NCBI GenBank assembly: GCA_003159495.1
Contig: PLPI01000054.1
Span: 8,409 to 72,408 of the forward strand
Direction of reading: 5' to 3'
Source: a candidate division FCPU426 bacterium
Lineage (GTDB): Bacteria > Oederibacteriota > PGYV01 > Palsa-1178
Length of the DNA stretch: 64,000 bases
Of the stretch, positions 9,420 to 17,886 are shown piece after piece. Every line of letters starts with the position of its first letter. Positions within the stretch are counted from its first letter, which is position 1. The notes below the pieces were generated by a model. That model saw nothing but the letters and a program-made list of their open reading frames with translations. It searched no databases and was not told where the DNA came from. The translations under genes were made by a program, and so were the position numbers.

Positions 9420-9545
9420 AGCCCCATATTCAATTAAATTCCAATATTAATATATAATACATTTTTTTTGTATTTATATAATTATATTTATATTATTTAT
9501 TGCTTCAAAAAAAGGTATTTATTACCATGGAGGATTTGCATAAAA

Positions 9546-10232
9546 ATGAAAATACTTGAAATGAAAAACATAAAGAAAAGCTACCGTTCGCCCGAAGGCG
9601 GGACCAACGACGTCATCGACATAGCAGAATTCAGCGTTGATGAAGGGGCGCAGGCTGCAATTGCCGGCGAGAGCGGGTCGGGAAAGACAACTTTTTTAAA
9701 CCTTATCGCGGGTATATTGCGGGCCGATGAGGGGAGTATCAGCATAGCCGGAAGGGATATGGAAACACTTACCGAAGGCGAACGCGACCTTTTAAGGGCG
9801 TCAACTATCGGTTATATTTTTCAAACTTTTAACCTTCTCCAGGGATACACGGCCATTGAAAACGTAATGCTTGGCATGATGTTCGGCCCCGGCGCGGACC
9901 GCGCGGCGGCGGAATCCCTGCTTGAAAGGGTGGGGCTTGAAAAACATTTTAATTACCTGCCAAGGCAAATGTCCGTCGGGCAGCAGCAGCGCGTTGCCGT
10001 GGCAAGGGCCCTGGCGAACCACCCGAAACTTGTGCTGGCGGATGAACCCACGGGGCACCTCGACCACAGGCGGGCCATGGAATCCCTTAAATTAATCAAG
10101 GATATCTGCATGGAAAAAGGGGCGGCGTTACTGCTCGTCAGCCATGACCGCGACGTCCTTTCAAGTTTTAAATCCGTAAAGGACCTCTCATCAATTAACA
10201 GGGCTGAAAAGGAAGGGGTGCAAAATGTTTAA
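9546..10232 (+). CDS. ABC transporter ATP-binding protein (MacB/LolD/FtsE-like)
   Basis: Walker A GESGSGKTT, signature MSVGQQQRVAVARAL, Walker B LVLADEPTGHLD. Confidence 0.85.
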   Translation: MKILEMKNIKKSYRSPEGGTNDVIDIAEFSVDEGAQAAIAGESGSGKTTFLNLIAGILRADEGSISIAGRDMETLTEGERDLLRASTIGYIFQTFNLLQGYTAIENVMLGMMFGPGADRAAAESLLERVGLEKHFNYLPRQMSVGQQQRVAVARALANHPKLVLADEPTGHLDHRRAMESLKLIKDICMEKGAALLLVSHDRDVLSSFKSVKDLSSINRAEKEGVQNV

Positions 10233-11493
10233 AAAAATAAGCACACTTTTTTTTCTAATAAGCCACAGCATGAAACAGCACGCCCTTTCTACGGCCATAA
10301 CAATACTCTCCGTCGCAATGGCAACCGGCCTTACGATGGCGGTTTTTTCCATGCAATACCAGACACGTACGGCTTTTACCGGAGGGACGGCTGGATTTGA
10401 CGCTGTGCTTGGAGCCAGGGGAAGCCAGCTTCAGCTTGTGATGAACGCCGTCTACCAGCTGGAAACATCGCCGGGAAATATCCCATGGTCGCTGTATCAG
10501 GCGGTTAAAAACGACCCGCGCGTCAAGCTTGCGATACCTTACGCGGTGGGTGACAATTATTTCGGGTACAGGATAGTCGGCACCACGGATGATATTTTCA
10601 CAAAATTTGAATACCAGGCAGGCAAACATTTTACAGTCAGGCCGGGCGGGAAATATTTTGACCCTTCAAAGAGGGAAGCCGTCATAGGAAGTTATGTGGC
10701 GGATAAGACCGGATTAAAGGAAGGCTCGCAGTTCAAACCCTATCACGGCCTGTACTTTGACCCAAAAATGCAGCATGACGAGATTTTTACAATTACAGGA
10801 GTTATGGAGCCGACAAACACGCCCTCTGACAGGGTAATCTGGATACCCATAGACGATGTTTACAGGATGAAGGGGCATGTCCTGCGCGGCAGCGGGACCG
10901 AATATACCGCCACCGAAGGAAAAGAAATACCGGATGCCGTAAAGGAAGTAAGCGCTGTAATGCTGAAATTTTACAGCCCGCAGGCCGGGTTCATGCTTGA
11001 CCAGACGATAAACAAACAGGGCCGTGTGGCCACTCTTGCCTGGCCCATCGGAAGGGTCATGGCTGATTTCTTTGACAAACTCGGGTGGGTTTCAAAGATA
11101 CTCGCGCTTGTTGCCTATCTTGTAATGCTTGTGGCCGGCGCATCGATACTCGCCAGCCTGTATAATACGATGAACGAGCGCCGCAGGGAATTCGCCATAT
11201 TGCGCGCCCTGGGCGCAAAACGCTCGAATGTATTTTCCTCGATAGTACTTGAGGCGGCGGTTATCGCCGGAGCCGGGTCAATAGCGGGATATATTGTTTA
11301 TTTTATTGTTTTCGCCTTTGCCTCGCTTATCGTCAGGCAGCAGACGGGAGTTGTCCTTGATATTTTCCGCATGCATTTTTCAATGCTCGCGGTGCCTGTC
11401 GGAATGACGCTGCTCGGCGCGGCTTCGGGGCTGATACCGGCTTTAAAGGCTTATTCCACAGATGTGTCAAAAAATCTGGACCCGATGTCGTAA
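10225..11493 (+). CDS. ABC transporter permease, FtsX/MacB-like, with a large periplasmic domain
   Basis: N-terminal TM helix, ~250-aa extracytoplasmic domain, C-terminal three-TM FtsX-type module. Overlaps the ATPase gene stop. Confidence 0.8.
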   Translation: MFKKISTLFFLISHSMKQHALSTAITILSVAMATGLTMAVFSMQYQTRTAFTGGTAGFDAVLGARGSQLQLVMNAVYQLETSPGNIPWSLYQAVKNDPRVKLAIPYAVGDNYFGYRIVGTTDDIFTKFEYQAGKHFTVRPGGKYFDPSKREAVIGSYVADKTGLKEGSQFKPYHGLYFDPKMQHDEIFTITGVMEPTNTPSDRVIWIPIDDVYRMKGHVLRGSGTEYTATEGKEIPDAVKEVSAVMLKFYSPQAGFMLDQTINKQGRVATLAWPIGRVMADFFDKLGWVSKILALVAYLVMLVAGASILASLYNTMNERRREFAILRALGAKRSNVFSSIVLEAAVIAGAGSIAGYIVYFIVFAFASLIVRQQTGVVLDIFRMHFSMLAVPVGMTLLGAASGLIPALKAYSTDVSKNLDPMS

Positions 11494-11521
11494 GCACGGA
11501 AAAAATATACGGAGGAAAAAA

Positions 11522-11992
11522 ATGAGAAACAGGATAATATTATTAATGGCCGCCGGTTTATTTTTTACCGCGGCATGCGCGCTTTACGCGCACGAGCATA
11601 AGGCGCCGCATAACGGACTTCTCGTTGAGTGCGGCGATGAATACGCGCACCTGGAACTTCTGGCGGCGCCGGGGGCCGGAAGGATAACAGGATGGGTGCT
11701 TGACGGCGAGGCTGAAAATCCCGTGAGGTTGAAACAAAAAAACATCCTGTTGAGGCTCTTTATAGGCGGGAAAAAAGTAATGCTTGCCTTAAAAGCCGTG
11801 GCTAACCCTTTGACGGGCGAGGTTGCGGGCGACACTTCTGAATTCACAGCGGTTCTGCCCGTATTAAAAGGCGTTACGCAATTTTCAGGCGCAGTAACCA
11901 TGATAAATGTCGGCGGTGTGGTATTTAAAAATCTGGCCTTTAATTACCCGGGCACAGACGAACAGGCGGCTGCACAGGAGAAAAATAAATGA
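11522..11992 (+). CDS. Hypothetical secreted protein or lipoprotein
   Basis: Signal peptide with a possible lipobox Cys (FFTAACALYA), His-rich segment HEHKAPH, RBS GGAGG. Start placed at the internal ATG of the longer ORF. Confidence 0.5.
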   Translation: MRNRIILLMAAGLFFTAACALYAHEHKAPHNGLLVECGDEYAHLELLAAPGAGRITGWVLDGEAENPVRLKQKNILLRLFIGGKKVMLALKAVANPLTGEVAGDTSEFTAVLPVLKGVTQFSGAVTMINVGGVVFKNLAFNYPGTDEQAAAQEKNK

Positions 11993-12630
11993 AAAACGGT
12001 TTATGGCGCGGAATTGCCCTGACTGCGGCATTTTTTATGGTGGCGGTTGCAGGTTCCGCAATGGAAGTCCGCGTGGATGGAAAAAGCATCACGCCGGTAA
12101 AGGAAGCGCCGGCCGCTCCACAGGTAAAGGCGGATGACTACGCAAAGATTGAGGCAATGCCCAATCCGGTCACTGCGTATCCAATGGTTGACGGATATCC
12201 GCTGGTAACATGGGAAACACTGGCGGCATATCCGTATGATTCGCCCAGCATGGAGGACCAGCGTTCCGTAAAAATAAGGATGAAAAAGAAACAATTTGCG
12301 CTGCCTGATTTTATAAAGAACCTGAATGGGAAAAAAGCCGCGGTGACCGGGTTCCTGATTCCAATGGACACCGATGATACGGGGCAGTACGCAACCTCCA
12401 TAGTTATAGTGCGCAGCCAGATGACATGCTGTTTCGGTGTTATACCGAAACTTAACGAATGGGTCATGGTGACAATGCCGAAGGGTAAAAAAGTCAAGGT
12501 GGTCATGGACGTGCCGACGACTGTTTACGGAACCCTGGATGTAGGCGAAAAATATGAGGACATGAAGGGCTGGACCCTTTACAGGATGATAGCCGACAAA
12601 ACATCCACGCAGAAAAACACCCTGTGGTAA
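11989..12630 (+). CDS. Secreted hypothetical protein (DUF3299-like) associated with the FtsX-type ABC system
   Basis: Signal peptide, conserved MTCCFG-type motif, 213 aa. Family assignment is from memory only. Confidence 0.45.
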   Translation: MKNGLWRGIALTAAFFMVAVAGSAMEVRVDGKSITPVKEAPAAPQVKADDYAKIEAMPNPVTAYPMVDGYPLVTWETLAAYPYDSPSMEDQRSVKIRMKKKQFALPDFIKNLNGKKAAVTGFLIPMDTDDTGQYATSIVIVRSQMTCCFGVIPKLNEWVMVTMPKGKKVKVVMDVPTTVYGTLDVGEKYEDMKGWTLYRMIADKTSTQKNTLW

Positions 12631-12656
12631 ACCGGGGCAATCCGGACAAATAAATA

Positions 12657-12685
12657 TTGACAAACAGGTAAATGCCGGGTATAAT
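12657..12685 (+). promoter_or_regulatory. Consensus sigma70-type promoter upstream of the nifU-like gene
   Basis: TTGACA (12657-12662), 17-nt spacer, TATAAT (12680-12685). Confidence 0.5.
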
Positions 12686-12792
12686 ATCACCAAGATAGTG
12701 ATATACAAGAAGTTTGGTGTTTACACCGCCTTAAATTTTGTTAAAGTATTTAAAGCGCGGCGGCGGCTCGCAAACTTAACAGGAGGCATAAG

Positions 12793-13020
12793 ATGCTTAA
12801 GGAAAAAGTGCAGAAAGTTATCGATGATTTAAGGCAGTATCTCCAGGCTGACGGCGGGGATATAGATCTGGTGGATGTCGATGAAACAAAGGGCGAAGTA
12901 AAAGTAAAACTCAAAGGGGCCTGCTCAGGATGCCCGATGGCACAAATAACCCTTACACAGGGGGTAGAGGCCAGGATAAAGGAAGAACTGCCTGAAATTA
13001 AGAGTGTTGTGGCGGTTTGA
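12793..13020 (+). CDS. NifU-like (Nfu-type) Fe-S cluster assembly domain protein
   Basis: 75-aa protein with GACSGCP (CxxC) motif typical of the NifU C-terminal/Nfu domain. Confidence 0.8.
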   Translation: MLKEKVQKVIDDLRQYLQADGGDIDLVDVDETKGEVKVKLKGACSGCPMAQITLTQGVEARIKEELPEIKSVVAV

Positions 13021-13067
13021 TGGAAAATTAAAAAGGTAAAATCTGAAACCAAAAAGAAATAAAAAAA

Positions 13068-13094
13068 GGCGGCGTTTTTACACCGCCTTTTTTT
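13068..13094. terminator. Intrinsic terminator between convergent genes
   Basis: ggcggcg-tttttaca-ccgcc hairpin followed by a T-run. An A-run precedes it, so it can serve both strands. Confidence 0.5.
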
Positions 13095-13100
13095 ATTTTA

Positions 13101-13134
13101 AATGTTCTTTTTGGTTTTGAGTTTTACATTTTAA
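13101..13134 (+). repeat. T-motif repeat copy 2
   Basis: aatgttctttttggttttgagttttacattttaa. Confidence 0.55.
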
Positions 13135-13141
13135 TCCCCTG

Positions 13142-14077
13142 TTATTTATCGGCGTACAGTTCGGGGTGTTCCATGAGAAAATGAACATGTGCCCTGATCT
13201 GTCTTGTCGAATCAAAAGAAAGGCCGAAATCCTTTTTAATCCTGTTTACGTTGAACATGAACGGGCTGTCGCTCCAGCCGAGGTTTTTCAGCCTTATTTT
13301 TGAACTTTTCGGAGATATCCCGTTTTTTCCGGCGTATTCCACGGCCCATATCGCGGCCTGTTCCCAGGTTGTAAAATTTTTCGCGAGGCCGTAGTAAACA
13401 TTGTTTGTCACACTGCTTTTAAGAAGCGCCGAATAAACTTTTGCAAGGTCGCCCGCCCAGATAAACTGCGTGCCGTCATTTTTAACGAGGTCTATCTGCG
13501 AGCCGGCACGGGCATTCGCACAGATATTAAAAAACCTTTTGTCGTTTTCCATCGAGCCTCCGTGCACCACCGGGTCGCCGAAAGTATACCCGGGCCTTAT
13601 GGTATTGAACTTTATCTTCTTGAAATAATTCGAATATGCCGAGATAAATAATTCAACAGAACCCTTGGTGGCGCCGTAAAAGTCGTTTGGTTTTGGCTTT
13701 TCCGTTTCGTCAATTGTGCGCGGCAGGCTGCCCTGCGCGGCTGTGGAAGAAGTGAAGATAAATTTTTTCGCCCCTTTTTTTACCGCTATCTCTATTAATG
13801 AAACAGATGACAGAGTCTCGTTTTTTATCATTTCCGGGCCGGTATCGCCCCAGCACAAGGCTATATGCACAACCGCATCGGGTTTGACAATGGCTTTTTC
13901 AACCGCTTTGAGATCCTCCATTGGTGCGCATACAATCTTTACGCCGGGAAGCATTGAAAGCGCCGGGACTTTTTCCGGTTTCCGCGCGAGAACTACAACC
14001 TCATGCCCCTCGTTGCTCAGCTGTTTTACAACATATGAACCTATAAAGCCGGTACCGCCGGTCACATATATACGCAT
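13142..14077 (-). CDS. NAD-dependent epimerase/dehydratase family protein (extended SDR)
   Basis: N-terminal Rossmann motif MRIYVTGGTGFIGS, 311 aa. Confidence 0.8.
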   Translation of the reverse strand: MRIYVTGGTGFIGSYVVKQLSNEGHEVVVLARKPEKVPALSMLPGVKIVCAPMEDLKAVEKAIVKPDAVVHIALCWGDTGPEMIKNETLSSVSLIEIAVKKGAKKFIFTSSTAAQGSLPRTIDETEKPKPNDFYGATKGSVELFISAYSNYFKKIKFNTIRPGYTFGDPVVHGGSMENDKRFFNICANARAGSQIDLVKNDGTQFIWAGDLAKVYSALLKSSVTNNVYYGLAKNFTTWEQAAIWAVEYAGKNGISPKSSKIRLKNLGWSDSPFMFNVNRIKKDFGLSFDSTRQIRAHVHFLMEHPELYADK

Positions 14078-14214
14078 TAAGAACCTCCTGATGTTTTTAA
14101 AATTATAACATAATAAACTTAAAAAAAATATTTGACATTTATTTAATAGATAATATAATTATCACATATAGGGGCGCGTTTTAAACCAGCTGAAAATTAA
14201 TGGAGGGGATAAGT

Positions 14215-15855
14215 ATGTCCGTATGCAGGCCGAAAATTTTCCTATTTTTATTATTTTTAGTTTCTGTTATTTTTTGTATCCAGGCGCGTGGAACAAGTTT
14301 TGACGTCGGAATTTACGGTGGCGGAAATAATGCCGCAATGATGGATTACAACAGCAGGATAGACAGCCTCAACAGTTTTAACTCAGCAAATGGGGCGCAG
14401 GCCACGCTTAAAAAATTCACCTATGAACCGGGAACATCGTTGATATTAAGCGGTGAGTTTGAAACAACCGCCGGCAGGTACGCAGTATATCTGAAAAACG
14501 ACTGGCTTATTATCGAAGAGAGGGGCAACAACGCAAAATGGGAGAATGGACTTACAGCGCAGTCGCTTAACGGCGACTATTCTGTTTTATATTCCGCCGC
14601 GGGCGCCAGATATTATTACAGCCCTGAGGGGATGCCGTTTATAGAGTTTTATATAAACGCCGACGCCGGGGTATGCGGTTATTTCTCCAATTATGCTTCC
14701 GAGTCCACATTCAAGTCCGACGGAACGCCTATCAATGATGAAAGAAAAGAATGGAAGACGGCCATTCCGGCGGCCAGCGCGGGCGCGGGAGGCAGATGGT
14801 GGTTGGGCAACGGCTTCGGGATTGGACTTGAAGCTGGCTACAGGCTGGCATCCGGCAAGGTCATGGTATCGGTGACAAATACCAACGGCGATGCCGCTTC
14901 CCAGGGAGAAGATGTTGTAAACTATTCCGGACCTTTTGTCAACGCGGGCGTCATATACAGGTTCGGCGGGGATACACGGGACAAAAAAAGCGGCCCCGTT
15001 ACCGACACGGTGGATCCGCAGTATCTTGAGATAACGGCCAAACTTTATTCCGACGCGCAGAAATATTATGAAGAAGGGCTGTTTAATCAGGCGGCGGAAA
15101 AAAATTCCGAGGCCATGAAACTTTCGCCGGATGACGGCCGGGTTATTGAACAGGCAAAGGCTATAAAAGCCGCCTCGGAAAAAAATGGCGGCGGTGAAAA
15201 TGTTGACAGATTAAAGGAAGAGGCGGAAAACTTAAGGAGATTGAAAAATTATCCGGGCGCCCGTTTGAAATACCTTGAGATAAGGGCGATAGAACCTGAA
15301 AATGGTTATGCGGTTTTTTATCTGAAGAATTTCGACGATAAGGCGTCGCAGTTCCTAAAAAAAGCCAGGGAATATCTCGCGGCAGATAACGCGGAAAAAG
15401 CCCTTGACGCCGCGGCAAAAGCGGTTGAATACGCGCCGGATGACGCGCAGGCGGCGGCGCTATACGCCTCTATAGCGCGGGACGGAATGATGAAAAAAAA
15501 GGCCGACAGGATATTCAACCGGGCGGTGGATTCATTCAGCAGGGGAGAATACGAAATTGCGGCGGGGTTATGGAAGGAAGTGCTTAATATAAACCCTTCT
15601 GATGAAGAGGCTAAAAAGAATATGGATAAGGCGGCTGAAAAAGCGGGCGAAAACCTCGAGGAAAAATCCATGGAGGCGCAAAAAGCGCACGAAGAGGCGG
15701 TGGCTCTGTACAAAATAGGAAACATGGACTCGGCGGCGGCCAAATGCGAGTTTGTACTGCGCCTCGACCCGGATGACCTTGACAGCAAAAAAATGCTGGA
15801 GGATATAAAGAAAATAAGAAAGGAAAACAACAAAGAGGCAATAATAAAAAGGTAA
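14215..15855 (+). CDS. Secreted protein with an N-terminal beta-rich (barrel-like) domain and C-terminal TPR-like repeats
   Basis: Signal peptide MSVCRPKIFLFLLFLVSVIF, Gly/aromatic-rich alternating N-terminal half, helical repeat C-terminal half. RBS GGAGGGG 6 nt upstream. A sigma70-like promoter (TTGACA ... TATAAT) sits at about 14133-14160. Confidence 0.55.
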   Translation: MSVCRPKIFLFLLFLVSVIFCIQARGTSFDVGIYGGGNNAAMMDYNSRIDSLNSFNSANGAQATLKKFTYEPGTSLILSGEFETTAGRYAVYLKNDWLIIEERGNNAKWENGLTAQSLNGDYSVLYSAAGARYYYSPEGMPFIEFYINADAGVCGYFSNYASESTFKSDGTPINDERKEWKTAIPAASAGAGGRWWLGNGFGIGLEAGYRLASGKVMVSVTNTNGDAASQGEDVVNYSGPFVNAGVIYRFGGDTRDKKSGPVTDTVDPQYLEITAKLYSDAQKYYEEGLFNQAAEKNSEAMKLSPDDGRVIEQAKAIKAASEKNGGGENVDRLKEEAENLRRLKNYPGARLKYLEIRAIEPENGYAVFYLKNFDDKASQFLKKAREYLAADNAEKALDAAAKAVEYAPDDAQAAALYASIARDGMMKKKADRIFNRAVDSFSRGEYEIAAGLWKEVLNINPSDEEAKKNMDKAAEKAGENLEEKSMEAQKAHEEAVALYKIGNMDSAAAKCEFVLRLDPDDLDSKKMLEDIKKIRKENNKEAIIKR

Positions 15856-15933
15856 GAGGATGCAATGTATTGTCCTTGATTTTGCCACGGGAAAATATTA
15901 CAATTATATCCACAAAAAAATCAGGGAGGCAAT

Positions 15934-16434
15934 ATGAAAAAGGCATCTTTAATTGTTGTTATGGTTCTTGCGGTTTTCAGTACGGGCTTATTTGCTTATG
16001 TCAGGGTTGCCGGACATGATTTAAGTTCGGAAGGTTATTATCTCGCGGATAGAGGGCTGGGCGTCGGTATTGTGGTAGGCTCGGGAGCGGAATTGAGCAT
16101 TAAGGACTGGGTCAGCCGTGAAAACGCACTGCAGTTTGATCTGGGATGGGATTTAACCAGCTCTAATTTTGGGATAGGGGCGGCTTATCTTATCCATAAT
16201 TTTAAGATTATTGAAGCCAGTGACATGAAAATTCCGCTTTATTTCGGAATCAAGGGTTGGGCAAATGTAGGCTCCGATTTGCTGGCCGGTATCCAGGTTC
16301 CGCTTGGAATTGACTGGATATTCAAGACCGCCCCGATAGACATTTTTCTTCAGATAGAACCGGGAATTGAAGTGATACCGCATACAATATTTGCGGGGAA
16401 CGCCGGGCTTGGGGTAAGATACTGGTTCAGATAA
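15934..16434 (+). CDS. Small outer-membrane beta-barrel-like protein
   Basis: Signal peptide, 166 aa, alternating amphipathic strands, aromatic-rich C-terminus (VRYWFR). Confidence 0.5.
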   Translation: MKKASLIVVMVLAVFSTGLFAYVRVAGHDLSSEGYYLADRGLGVGIVVGSGAELSIKDWVSRENALQFDLGWDLTSSNFGIGAAYLIHNFKIIEASDMKIPLYFGIKGWANVGSDLLAGIQVPLGIDWIFKTAPIDIFLQIEPGIEVIPHTIFAGNAGLGVRYWFR

Positions 16435-16453
16435 TAATTGAAAATAAAAAAAA

Positions 16454-16482
16454 GCCGGGGCTTAAAACCCCGGCTTTTTTTT
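16454..16482. terminator. Bidirectional intrinsic terminator
   Basis: A-run, gccgggg-cttaaaa-ccccggc hairpin, T8. Sits between convergent genes. Confidence 0.7.
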
Positions 16483-16483
16483 A

Positions 16484-17626
16484 TTACCAGAGTTTGTCGG
16501 CGCCGGTTTTTAAAAGTTTTCTGAGCATGAAGAGCGGTTTTATGTTTGCCGGCACTGCCGGGTATTTAAAGGCGAGCTTTATGAATTTAAACGGGTTTTT
16601 ATATGTATTGTCCCTTGAGTCAAAATATTCCCCCAGAAAATTAAGGACGCTTTCAGGCAGGGTAAAACAGCGCGACGCCAGGTATTTGAGCTCCTTTGAG
16701 GCAAAGGGCTGTTTTTTAATGACCTTCTCGTAAATTGCGGGAGATTCTTTTTTGCCCAGCCTGACTTCGCCGAAGATGCAGTAGGCGCATATTTTGCCTG
16801 AGAGCAGGGCTGAATGAATGCCCGCCAGAGTCACCGGGTTTACCAGCCCGGCGGCGTCGCCGACAAGAAATACGTTGTCGTTGAATATTTTATCTTTTAT
16901 TCCGCCTGATGGAATTGCACCGCGGCAGAAGCCAATATGGCCGGATTCCTCCACACCCAGGTGTTTTTTTATAAAACCCCTTAAAAGCTCCTTATCCGCG
17001 ACACAGCCGCCGGCGTTTATCTCTTTTGATTTGTCAAACAGCCACATATAATAACCTGATATGTGATCATAAAAAAAATCAATATATGCGCCTGAATCAT
17101 ATCTGTACGCCGGTTTGGGAAGCTTGTACTGGACCGCGTCCGCGAGTTTTCTGCGGTTGTTGAAAAACAGGGCGTCAATAATTGATTTCGGGCCGTCCGC
17201 TCCGACAAGGTATTTGCAGGTAAAGCTTCCGCTATTTGTAAAGACCTCGAATCCGGTTTCCGTCTTTTTTGCCGAAACAACAGTGTGCCTTAAAAAAGGC
17301 TTTGCCCCCGCGCCGACGGCGAGGTCAAAAACATGCCTGTCAAATTTCTCCCTGTTTATAAGGCATCCCGGCGATTTTACGGCGAAATATTTTCCGTTTG
17401 GAAAAAATATCCTGAATCCCTCTATTTTTTTGTCTATATACGAGCCGTGGAACAAACCGGCGGCTTTTAAGGAAGCCTCGCTCACAGCCTCGCCGCAGCA
17501 TACCGGAAAACCCGGGGCCCTGCGTCTCTCAAAAACGGCGCAGGAAATATTATTTTTAGCCAGCGTGTGGGCGGTTACGGACCCGGCCGGCCCGGCACCA
17601 ACAATAATGACGTCAAAGTGTTCCAT
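16484..17626 (-). CDS. FAD-dependent oxidoreductase, geranylgeranyl reductase family
   Basis: DVIIVGAGPAGS FAD-binding fingerprint and GDAAGLVNP motif. Start placed at MEHFDV; the longer ORF has no RBS support. Confidence 0.75.
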   Translation of the reverse strand: MEHFDVIIVGAGPAGSVTAHTLAKNNISCAVFERRRAPGFPVCCGEAVSEASLKAAGLFHGSYIDKKIEGFRIFFPNGKYFAVKSPGCLINREKFDRHVFDLAVGAGAKPFLRHTVVSAKKTETGFEVFTNSGSFTCKYLVGADGPKSIIDALFFNNRRKLADAVQYKLPKPAYRYDSGAYIDFFYDHISGYYMWLFDKSKEINAGGCVADKELLRGFIKKHLGVEESGHIGFCRGAIPSGGIKDKIFNDNVFLVGDAAGLVNPVTLAGIHSALLSGKICAYCIFGEVRLGKKESPAIYEKVIKKQPFASKELKYLASRCFTLPESVLNFLGEYFDSRDNTYKNPFKFIKLAFKYPAVPANIKPLFMLRKLLKTGADKLW

Positions 17627-17746
17627 TAAAAACTCCTTAAATTCAAAAGTTAAAATGCAAAACCAATAATTACAACTGTAAAAGTTGACAAGTGAAACAG
17701 GGCAAAGCCGCCCTGCTCCAATATTTTTATTACTTTGAAATTTAAT

Positions 17747-17787
17747 AGTTGCACTTTTTGGTTTTGACTTTTGACTTTTAACTTTTC
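17747..17787 (+). repeat. T-motif repeat copy 3, in a divergent promoter region
   Basis: agttgcactttttggttttgacttttgacttttaacttttcc. Confidence 0.55.
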
Positions 17788-17886
17788 CAACTAATTCCCT
17801 TGAAAAAACAAACAACTGTCATATAATATCATACATCACGGCAAAAAACCACGCCGCTGTTTGCGGGGAACGAGGATAAAACAGCC

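Noticed and set aside
12001-12708. 235-aa minus-strand ORF overlapping the DUF3299-like gene
   Set aside because: Cys/His-rich nonsense composition, no RBS, and the plus-strand ORF has a signal peptide and sits in an operon; shadow ORF.
16484-17815. Long form (443 aa) of the geranylgeranyl reductase-family ORF
   Set aside because: The N-terminal 63 aa are unrelated to the flavoprotein fold and precede the canonical DVIIVGAGPAG start; the shorter start at 17626 was chosen.
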